DNA of 41,104 nucleotides from a virus (Duplodnaviria; Heunggongvirae; Uroviricota; Caudoviricetes): IMG/VR virus record IMGVR_UViG_2617270992_000014; one strand, 5' to 3'. Shown piece by piece: positions 34,103 to 41,104 of this stretch (position 1 is its first letter; each line of letters starts with the position of its first letter). The notes under the pieces were generated by a model. It saw only the letters and a program-made list of their open reading frames with translations, ran no database searches and was not told where the DNA came from. The position numbers and the translations under genes were made by a program.

Positions 34103-37100
34103 ATGGGTAAAGGCAGCAGTAAGGGGCATACCCCGCGCGAAGCGAAGGACAACCTGAAGTCCACGCAGTTGCTGAGTGTGATCGATGCCATCAGCGAAGG
34201 GCCGATTGAAGGTCCGGTGGATGGATTAAAAAGCGTGCTGCTGAACAGTACGCCGGTGCTGGACAGTGAGGGGAATACCAATATCTCCGGTGTCACGGTG
34301 GTGTTCCGGGCCGGTGAGCAGGAGCAGACACCGCCGGAGGGTTTTGAATCCTCCGGCTCCGAGACGGTGCTGGGTACGGAAGTGAAATATGACACGCCGA
34401 TCACCCGGACCATCACGTCGGCAAACATTGACCGTCTGCGCTTTACCTTCGGTGTGCAGGCACTGGTGGAAACCACCTCAAAGGGTGACCGGAATCCGTC
34501 GGAAGTCCGCCTGCTGGTTCAGATACAGCGTAACGGTGGCTGGGTGACGGAAAAAGACATCACCATTAAGGGCAAAACCACGTCGCAGTATCTGGCCTCG
34601 GTGGTGGTGGATAACCTGCCGCCGCGTCCGTTTAATATCCGGATGCGCAGGATGACGCCGGACAGCACCACAGACCAGCTGCAGAACAAAACGCTCTGGT
34701 CGTCATACACCGAAATCATCGATGTGAAACAGTGCTACCCGAACACGGCACTGGTCGGCGTGCAGGTGGACTCGGAGCAGTTCGGCAGCCAGCAGGTGAG
34801 CCGTAATTATCATCTTCGCGGGCGCATTCTGCAGGTGCCGTCGAACTATAACCCGCAGACACGGCAATACAGCGGTATCTGGGACGGAACGTTCAGGCCA
34901 GCGTACAGCGACAACATGGCCTGGTGTCTGTGGGATATGCTGACCCATCCGCGCTACGGCATGGGGAAACGTCTTGGTGCGGCAGATGTGGACAAATGGG
35001 CGCTGTACGTTATCGGCCAGTACTGTGACCAGTCTGTACCGAATGGTTTTGGTGGAACGGAGCCGCGCATCACCTGTAATGCGTACCTGACCACACAGCG
35101 CAAGGCGTGGGATGTGCTCAGTGATTTCTGCTCGGCGATGCGCTGTATGCCGGTATGGAACGGGCAGACGCTGACGTTCGTGCAGGACCGACCCTCGGAT
35201 AAGGTGTGGACCTATAACCGCAGTAATGTGGTGATGCCGGATGATGGCGCGCCATTCCGCTACAGCTTCAGCGCCCTGAAGGACCGTCATAATGCCGTTG
35301 AGGTGAACTGGATTGACCCGGATAACGGCTGGGAGACGGCGACAGAGCTTGTGGAGGACACGCAGGCCATTGTCCGTTACGGTCGTAACGTCACGAAGAT
35401 GGATGCCTTTGGCTGTACCAGCCGGGGGCAGGCGCACCGCGCCGGGCTGTGGCTGATTAAAACAGAACTGCTGGAGACGCAGACCGTGGATTTCAGCGTG
35501 GGTGCCGAAGGGCTTCGCCATGTGCCGGGTGATGTTATTGAAATCTGCGATGATGACTATGCGGGGATCAGCATCGGTGGGCGCGTGCTGGCGGTGAACA
35601 GCCAGACCCGGACGCTGACGCTCGACCGTGAAATCACGCTGCCATCCTCCGGCACCACGCTGATAAGCCTGGTTGACGGGCAGGGGAGTCCGGTCAGCGT
35701 GGAGGTTCAGTCCGTCACCGACGGCGTGAAGGTGAAAGTGAGCCGTGTTCCTGACGGCGTTGCTGAATACAGCGTGTGGGGGCTGAAGCTGCCGACGTTG
35801 CGCCAGCGCCTGTTCCGCTGCGTGAGTATCCGTGAGAACGACGACGGCACGTATGCCATCACTGCCGTGCAGCATGTACCGGAAAAAGAGGCCATCGTGG
35901 ATAACGGGGCGCACTTTGACGGCGATCTGAGCGGCACGGTGAATGGTGTCACGCCGCCAGCAGTGCAGCACCTGACTGCCGAAGTCACCGCAGACAGCGG
36001 AGAATATCAGGTGCTGGCGCGCTGGGACACGCCGAAGGTGGTGAAGGGCGTGAGCTTCCTGCTTCGCCTGGCCGTGGCAGCGGATGACGGCAGTGAGCGG
36101 CTGGTCAGCACGGCCCGGACGACGGAAACCACATACCGCTTCAGGCAGCTGGCGCTGGGGAACTACAGGCTGACAGTCCGGGCGGTAAATGCGTGGGGAC
36201 AGCAGGGCGATCCGGCATCGGTATCGTTCCGGATTGCCGCACCGGCAGCGCCGTCACAGATTGAGCTGACGCCGGGCTATTTTCAGATCACCGCCACGCC
36301 GCATCTTGCGGTTTATGATCCGACGGTACAGTTTGAGTTCTGGTTCTCGGAAAAGCGGATTACCGATATCAGGCAGGTTGAAACCACAGCCCGCTATCTT
36401 GGCACGGCGCTGTACTGGATAGCTGCCAGTATCAATATCAAACCGGGCCATGATTATTACTTTTATATCCGCAGTGTGAACACCGTTGGCAAATCGGCAT
36501 TCGTAGAGGCTGTCGGTCGGGCGAGCGATGATGCGGAAGGTTATCTGGATTTTTTCAAAGGTCAGATAACCGAATCCCATCTCGGCAAGGAGCTGCTGGA
36601 AAAAGTTGAGCTGACGGAAGATAACGCCAGCAAACTGGAGGAGTTTTCGAAAGAGTGGAAGGACGCCAACGATAAATGGAATGCCATGTGGGGCGTCAAA
36701 ATTGAGCAGACCGAAGACGGTAAGCATTATGTCGCGGGGCTTGGCCTCAGCATGGAGGACACGGAGGAAGGCAAACTGAGCCAGTTCCTAGTTGCCGCTA
36801 ACCGTATCGCGTTTATTGATCCGTCTAATGGCAACACAAGACCAATGTTTGTTGGTCAGGGCGATCAGATATTCATGAACGACGTGTTCCTGAAACGCCT
36901 GACGGCTCCGACCATTACCAGCGGCGGTAATCCTCCGGCATTTTCCCTGACACCGGACGGGCGGCTGACGGCGAAAAATGCCGATATCAGCGGTAACGTG
37001 AATGCGAACTCAGGGACGCTCAACAACGTCACGATTAACGAGAACTGTCGGGTTCTGGGAAAACTGTCCGCGAACCAGATTGAAGGCGATCTCGTTAAAA

Positions 37101-37498
37101 CAGTGGGCAAAGCTTTCCCCCGGGACTCCCGTGCACCGGAGCGGTGGCCATCAGGAACCATTACCGTCAGGGTTTATGACGATCAGCCGTTTGACCGGCA
37201 GATTGTTATTCCGGCGGTGGCATTCAGTGGCGCTAAACATGAGAAAGAGCATACTGATATTTACTCCTCATGCCGTCTGATCGTACGGAAAAACGGCGCT
37301 GAAATTTATAACCGTACCGCGCTGGATAATACGCTGATTTACAGTGGTGTTATTGATATGCCGGCTGGTCACGGTCACATGACGCTGGAGTTCTCGGTGT
37401 CAGCGTGGCTGGTAAATAACTGGTATCCCACAGCAAGTATCAGCGATTTGCTGGTTGTGGTGATGAAGAAAGCCACTGCAGGCATCACGATTAGCTGA
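34103..37498 (+). CDS. J: Host specificity / central tail fibre protein J
   Basis: 1131-aa ORF with extended collinearity to lambda gpJ as recalled, including fibronectin-III-like middle region. Confidence 0.9.
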   Translation: MGKGSSKGHTPREAKDNLKSTQLLSVIDAISEGPIEGPVDGLKSVLLNSTPVLDSEGNTNISGVTVVFRAGEQEQTPPEGFESSGSETVLGTEVKYDTPITRTITSANIDRLRFTFGVQALVETTSKGDRNPSEVRLLVQIQRNGGWVTEKDITIKGKTTSQYLASVVVDNLPPRPFNIRMRRMTPDSTTDQLQNKTLWSSYTEIIDVKQCYPNTALVGVQVDSEQFGSQQVSRNYHLRGRILQVPSNYNPQTRQYSGIWDGTFRPAYSDNMAWCLWDMLTHPRYGMGKRLGAADVDKWALYVIGQYCDQSVPNGFGGTEPRITCNAYLTTQRKAWDVLSDFCSAMRCMPVWNGQTLTFVQDRPSDKVWTYNRSNVVMPDDGAPFRYSFSALKDRHNAVEVNWIDPDNGWETATELVEDTQAIVRYGRNVTKMDAFGCTSRGQAHRAGLWLIKTELLETQTVDFSVGAEGLRHVPGDVIEICDDDYAGISIGGRVLAVNSQTRTLTLDREITLPSSGTTLISLVDGQGSPVSVEVQSVTDGVKVKVSRVPDGVAEYSVWGLKLPTLRQRLFRCVSIRENDDGTYAITAVQHVPEKEAIVDNGAHFDGDLSGTVNGVTPPAVQHLTAEVTADSGEYQVLARWDTPKVVKGVSFLLRLAVAADDGSERLVSTARTTETTYRFRQLALGNYRLTVRAVNAWGQQGDPASVSFRIAAPAAPSQIELTPGYFQITATPHLAVYDPTVQFEFWFSEKRITDIRQVETTARYLGTALYWIAASINIKPGHDYYFYIRSVNTVGKSAFVEAVGRASDDAEGYLDFFKGQITESHLGKELLEKVELTEDNASKLEEFSKEWKDANDKWNAMWGVKIEQTEDGKHYVAGLGLSMEDTEEGKLSQFLVAANRIAFIDPSNGNTRPMFVGQGDQIFMNDVFLKRLTAPTITSGGNPPAFSLTPDGRLTAKNADISGNVNANSGTLNNVTINENCRVLGKLSANQIEGDLVKTVGKAFPRDSRAPERWPSGTITVRVYDDQPFDRQIVIPAVAFSGAKHEKEHTDIYSSCRLIVRKNGAEIYNRTALDNTLIYSGVIDMPAGHGHMTLEFSVSAWLVNNWYPTASISDLLVVVMKKATAGITIS

Positions 37499-37516
37499 AT
37501 TTTATAACCCAGATAC

Positions 37517-37542
37517 GGGCGCCAGAAATGGCGCCTTTTTTA
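37517..37542 (+). terminator. Intrinsic terminator downstream of J
   Basis: GGCGCC-AGAAAT-GGCGCC hairpin followed by TTTTTTATT. Confidence 0.6.
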
Positions 37543-37565
37543 TTGCAGAAAAGCGAGAGGTAATT

Positions 37566-38165
37566 ATGCGTAAATTATGTGCTGTTATTTTGTCCGCAGT
37601 AGTCTGGCAGGTCGCCGCTGCTACGCCAGCGAGTGCAGCAGAACATCAGTCCACGCTGAGCGCGGGGTATATCCATGCCTCAACGAACGCTCCCGGCAGC
37701 GATAATCTGAACGGGATTAACGTGAAATACCGTTATGAGTTTACGGACACACTGGGGCTGGTGACGTCATTCAGCTATGCAGGAGACAAGAATCGCCAGC
37801 TTACCCGTTACAGCGATACCCGCTGGCATGAAGATTCAGTGCGTAACCGCTGGTTCAGCGTGATGGCGGGGCCCTCTGTGCGCGTGAATGAATGGTTCAG
37901 CGCGTATGCGATGGCGGGTATGGCTTACAGCCGTGTTTCGACTTTCTCCGGAGATTATATCCGCGTAACTGACAACAAGGGGAAAAAGCACGATGTGCTG
38001 ACCGGAAGTGATGACAGTCGCCACAGCAACACGTCTCTGGCGTGGGGGGCAGGCGTGCAGTTTAACCCGACCGAATCCGTGGCTATTGATATTGCTTATG
38101 AAGGCTCCGGCAGTGGTGACTGGCGCACTGACGGTTTCATCGTGGGTGTCGGTTATAAATTCTGA
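37566..38165 (+). CDS. lom: Lom-like outer membrane beta-barrel protein (Ail/OmpX/PagC family)
   Basis: 199-aa ORF with signal peptide and alternating beta-strand pattern ending in the aromatic GYKF; located between J and stf as in lambda; AGAGG upstream. Confidence 0.85.
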   Translation: MRKLCAVILSAVVWQVAAATPASAAEHQSTLSAGYIHASTNAPGSDNLNGINVKYRYEFTDTLGLVTSFSYAGDKNRQLTRYSDTRWHEDSVRNRWFSVMAGPSVRVNEWFSAYAMAGMAYSRVSTFSGDYIRVTDNKGKKHDVLTGSDDSRHSNTSLAWGAGVQFNPTESVAIDIAYEGSGSGDWRTDGFIVGVGYKF

Positions 38166-38191
38166 TTAGCCAGGTAACACAGTGTTATGAC

Positions 38192-38218
38192 AGCCCGCCG
38201 GTTCAGGCGGGCTTTTTT
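38192..38218 (+). terminator. Intrinsic terminator downstream of lom
   Basis: GCCCGCC-GGTTCA-GGCGGGC hairpin followed by TTTTTTGT. Confidence 0.65.
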
Positions 38219-38223
38219 GTGGG

Positions 38224-40533
38224 GTGAATATGGCAGTAAAGATTTCAGGTGTACTGAAAGACGGCACAGGAAAACCGGTACAGAACTGCACAATCCAGCT
38301 GAAAGCAAAACGTAACAGCACCACGGTGGTGGTGAACACGGTGGCCTCAGAAAATCCGGATGAAGCCGGGCGTTACAGCATGGACGTTGAGTACGGTCAG
38401 TACAGCGTTATTCTGTTGGTGGAAGGATTCCCGCCATCGCATGCCGGGACCATCACCGTGTATGAAGACTCACAACCGGGTACGCTGAATGATTTTCTTG
38501 GTGCCATGACGGAGGATGATGCCCGTCCGGAGGCACTGCGCCGTTTTGAACTGATGGTGGAAGAGGTGGCGCGTAACGCGTCCGTGGTGGCACAGAACAC
38601 GGCAGCCGCGAAGAAGTCAGCCAGTGATGCCGGCACATCAGCCCGTGAGGCGGCAACCCATGCGGCTGATGCTGCGGACTCAGCACGCGCAGCCAGCACG
38701 TCAGCCGGACAGGCCGCGTCGTCGGCTCAGTCAGCGTCTTCCAGCGCAGGAACGGCATCAACAAAGGCCACTGAAGCATCAAAAAGTGCTGCCGCTGCAG
38801 AGTCCTCAAAAAGCGCGGCGGCCACCAGTGCCGGTGCGGCGAAAACGTCAGAAACGAATGCTTCAGCGTCACAACAATCAGCCGCCACTTCTGCATCCAC
38901 CGCGACCACGAAAGCGTCAGAAGCAGCCACTTCAGCACGGGATGCGGCGGCTTCAAAAGAGGCGGCAAAATCATCAGAAACGAGCGCAGCCTCGAGCGCC
39001 AGTAGTGCAGCCTCCTCGGCAACGGCGGCAGGAAATTCCGCGAAGGCGGCAAAAACGTCCGAGACGAACGCAAGGTCTTCTGAAACAGCAGCAGCACAGA
39101 ACGCCTCAGCTGCAGCAGATTCAGAAACTGCTGCAGAGACGTCCGCCAACGCTGCGGCTACGAAGGCGACAGAGGCGGCAGACAGTGCGGCGGAGGCTGA
39201 GCGGAGCAAAAGTACAGCAGAGTCCGCGGCAACCCGAGCCGAGACAGCGGCAAAGCGGGCAGAGGATATCGCATCCGCCGTGGGGCTTGAGGATGCGAGT
39301 ACAACGAAAAAGGGAATAGTACAGCTCAGCAGTGCTGCCAACAGCACATCTGAAGCATTTGCTGCAACCCCAAAAGCCGTCAAAATCGTCATGGACGAGA
39401 CGAAAACCAAAGCGCCGCTGGACAGCCCGGCATTCACCGGTACGCCAACCACACCAACCCCACCGGATGATGCGGTCGGACTGGAGATGGCGAACGCGGC
39501 GTTTGTCCGCAAACTGCTCGCTGCGCTGGTTGGCTCGTCCCCGGAAGCCCTGGACACGCTGAACGAACTGGCAGCGGCGCTGGGTAATGACCCAAACTTT
39601 GCGACGACGGTCACTAACGCACTGGCAGGTAAACAGCCGCTTAGCGATATTTTAACAGCGATTAGCAAATTAACAGTACGGGCAGATAACCTTCTGTATT
39701 TTAATACCGGAGGGAATATCGCGCTGTCTCCGTTGTCAGCAAAAGCCCGCTCACTGCTGGCGCAGTTCACATCCGAAGATATGCGGCAGGTGCTTGAAAT
39801 CTCAGATAGCGTGACATTACAAAGTAATATTTATGATCGCACTGAAGGGAGAGGAGCATTACCGGGGGCATTGGGTTTTGGAGCACTGACTTCGGCGATT
39901 AAATATTTTAGTGCCAGTGATGGTCAGTCTGAGCTTGTAACCTGGTGTATGCAGACGCCGCCAGGGCGCTACCTTGTGGAGCAGAGAACACATCCGGATT
40001 TTAATCCCATCATTCCGGATATTGGTTTTACCGGAGTGCTCGAAATTAAAATTTCTGACAGGGTATACAGTCAGGCAGAACATCAGGGCAAAAGAAAATT
40101 ACTGACATTTTATGAACAGTATGGGGATGTCTATCGAACAGTTCTTGATGCAGATCCCGTAAGCCCGTCCCTGCGCCCCTGGGACTCAGGCTACATAAAC
40201 AGAAGCGGGATTGCCAGTCTGCTTGGGAGCGATAGCCAGGCCCCGGAAGTCGGTAATATTATTCTTGCAGCCTATTACGGTACATCAGACAGCGATATGA
40301 CCAGAACTCTGCAGAGAGGAAAGATTTATCCTGGCTCAAGGCTGGGGCATGTGGAATTCTCGGGAGGGGTGGCGATAGGCGCCGGTGCAAAAGGAATCAC
40401 ACCAACTTGTTATGTCAGTGGACAGTCATATTCACTTTCTCTGCCCGGAGCATACAGAGCGTTATCTGGTTCGGGAAGTGTACTGATGGGCGACAACAAC
40501 ACTATTGTGGGGTTATTTGTGCGGGTACGGTAG
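38224..40533 (+). CDS. stf: Side tail fibre protein with Ala/Ser-rich repeat shaft and divergent C-terminal receptor-binding region
   Basis: N-terminus MAVKISGVLKDGTGKPVQNCTIQLKA matches lambda Stf as recalled; about 250-aa low-complexity A/S/T/E repeat region; C-terminal about 300 aa unrelated to the lambda tip as recalled. Confidence 0.85.
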   Translation: MNMAVKISGVLKDGTGKPVQNCTIQLKAKRNSTTVVVNTVASENPDEAGRYSMDVEYGQYSVILLVEGFPPSHAGTITVYEDSQPGTLNDFLGAMTEDDARPEALRRFELMVEEVARNASVVAQNTAAAKKSASDAGTSAREAATHAADAADSARAASTSAGQAASSAQSASSSAGTASTKATEASKSAAAAESSKSAAATSAGAAKTSETNASASQQSAATSASTATTKASEAATSARDAAASKEAAKSSETSAASSASSAASSATAAGNSAKAAKTSETNARSSETAAAQNASAAADSETAAETSANAAATKATEAADSAAEAERSKSTAESAATRAETAAKRAEDIASAVGLEDASTTKKGIVQLSSAANSTSEAFAATPKAVKIVMDETKTKAPLDSPAFTGTPTTPTPPDDAVGLEMANAAFVRKLLAALVGSSPEALDTLNELAAALGNDPNFATTVTNALAGKQPLSDILTAISKLTVRADNLLYFNTGGNIALSPLSAKARSLLAQFTSEDMRQVLEISDSVTLQSNIYDRTEGRGALPGALGFGALTSAIKYFSASDGQSELVTWCMQTPPGRYLVEQRTHPDFNPIIPDIGFTGVLEIKISDRVYSQAEHQGKRKLLTFYEQYGDVYRTVLDADPVSPSLRPWDSGYINRSGIASLLGSDSQAPEVGNIILAAYYGTSDSDMTRTLQRGKIYPGSRLGHVEFSGGVAIGAGAKGITPTCYVSGQSYSLSLPGAYRALSGSGSVLMGDNNTIVGLFVRVR

Positions 40534-40536
40534 CTG

Positions 40537-40662
40537 ATGATGAAAATAAAAGATATTAAAAAGATATGCAGGCTGGAAAATGGCGCTGTGGATTGTGAGG
40601 TGTTGTTTTTCGGTATGGAAGAGTATTTAGTCGGACACTGCATCGCCGGAAGACATGGATGA
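40537..40662 (+). CDS. Small 41-aa ORF directly after stf; possibly the N-terminal fragment of a split tail-fibre assembly gene
   Basis: Own translation MMKIKDIKKICRLENGAVDCEVLFFGMEEYLVGHCIAGRHG; starts 4 nt after the stf stop; its 3' end overlaps the next ORF, which lies in the +1 frame. Confidence 0.3.
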   Translation: MMKIKDIKKICRLENGAVDCEVLFFGMEEYLVGHCIAGRHG

Positions 40663-41104
40663 GACAGGGCAGCGCATCTGGAAAGAGTTACAGAGCGGCA
40701 AATGGGGCGAAATCGCCCCGTTCACCATTACACCTGAACTTATCGCAGCGGCAAAAGATGCCAAAAAGATGGAAATCGAGGCGTGGCGAGCAGAACAGGA
40801 GGCGAAGGCGTTCACGTTCGAATGGAACGGTCGTACCTGGAATGCTGGCCCCGACTCAATGGCTCGTCTTTATCCGGTGGTAATGGCCGCAAAATCTGAT
40901 ACGGCACGAACCGCCCTTGCGTGGGGTGACGCTGATAATCAACAGGTGAAACTGTCAATGCCGGAACTGGAAGAACTGGCGACAGCAATGGCGCAGGCAC
41001 AGGTTGAGCGCAATGACGAGATTTATCGCCGTCAGCGTGAAATGAAAGAGGATCTGAACAATCTGGAGGATTTGGGTTCAATCCGAGCGTTTGGTATTGG
41101 CTAA
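40655..41104 (+). CDS. Putative tail fibre assembly protein (Tfa-like, position-based)
   Basis: 149-aa ORF immediately downstream of stf; Trp-rich N-terminal half and helical charged C-terminal half; assignment rests mainly on position. Confidence 0.45.
   Translation: MDETGQRIWKELQSGKWGEIAPFTITPELIAAAKDAKKMEIEAWRAEQEAKAFTFEWNGRTWNAGPDSMARLYPVVMAAKSDTARTALAWGDADNQQVKLSMPELEELATAMAQAQVERNDEIYRRQREMKEDLNNLEDLGSIRAFGIG

Larger units (their letters stand above)
1..41104. mobile_element. Near-complete lambdoid prophage (integrase through tail-fibre assembly genes); ends and att sites lie outside the window
   Basis: Contiguous canonical lambdoid gene order read from the ORF translations: int/xis, repressor/cro, O/P-like, RusA, Q, lysis, terminase, portal, capsid, tail, J, lom, stf. 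No att core can be identified without the flanks. Confidence 0.85.

Noticed and set aside
34703-35971. 422-aa minus-strand ORF, plus shorter antisense ORFs, inside the J gene
   Set aside because: Lies entirely antisense within the well-supported 1131-aa J coding sequence; Arg/His/Pro-rich composition typical of antisense frames of GC-rich coding DNA; no ribosome-binding-site context.
38175-38187. 13-bp palindrome TAACACAGTGTTA just downstream of lom
   Set aside because: A single short palindrome with a half-site resembling the operator motif but not matching GTAAC-N4-GTTAC; likely chance, and it sits beside a terminator rather than a promoter.
38600-39300. Tandemly repetitive DNA that could be mistaken for a CRISPR-like or VNTR array
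   Set aside because: The repeats are in-frame codon-level repeats encoding the Ala/Ser/Thr-rich shaft of the tail fibre; no unique spacers of uniform length separate the repeats and no cas genes are present.
38453-39770. Long ORFs on both strands (347-aa and 214-aa minus, 231-aa plus) over the stf repeat region
   Set aside because: They arise from the repetitive GCN-rich Ala/Ser-coding shaft of stf; their translations are low-complexity (poly-Ala/Ser or Arg/Pro/Gln-rich) and overlap a confidently assigned gene.
1-41104. Search for attachment-site core repeats, tRNA genes, IS elements or transposases
   Set aside because: No cloverleaf-like tRNA, no transposase-like ORF and no terminal inverted repeats were found. 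The integrase sits at the left edge, so attL lies outside the window and attR is presumably beyond the right edge.

Overview
The window is an almost complete lambdoid (lambda-like) prophage of an enterobacterial host, running from the integrase at the left edge to the tail-fibre assembly region at the right edge. No attachment site is visible inside the window. All protein calls come from reading the supplied translations and comparing motifs with families from memory; no database search was run. Gene order: int-xis (minus strand), a leftward early operon (804-aa protein with a C-terminal DnaQ-like exonuclease domain plus small unknown genes), an immunity region (CI-like repressor, Cro-like, YdaT/CII-like protein), replication genes (O-like initiator with internal iterons, P-like protein), a nin-like region of unknown genes carrying a hok-family toxin and an AT-rich lipoprotein gene, then DUF968-RusA-Q, an inserted gene island between Q and the lysis genes (convergent unknown gene pair, TerB-like protein, small membrane peptide), a lysis cassette (two membrane proteins plus peptidase-M15-type endolysin, no recognisable Rz/Rz1), HNH endonuclease, HK97-type head genes, and a lambda-type tail module (V, G/G-T with a visible -1 slippery site, H, M, L, K, I, J, lom, stf, tfa-like). 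No CRISPR array, rRNA, tRNA or transposase was recognised. The best candidates for something undescribed are the Q-to-lysis island (15853-17440), the leftward early operon (1419-5668), and the AT-rich lipoprotein/hok block in the nin region.
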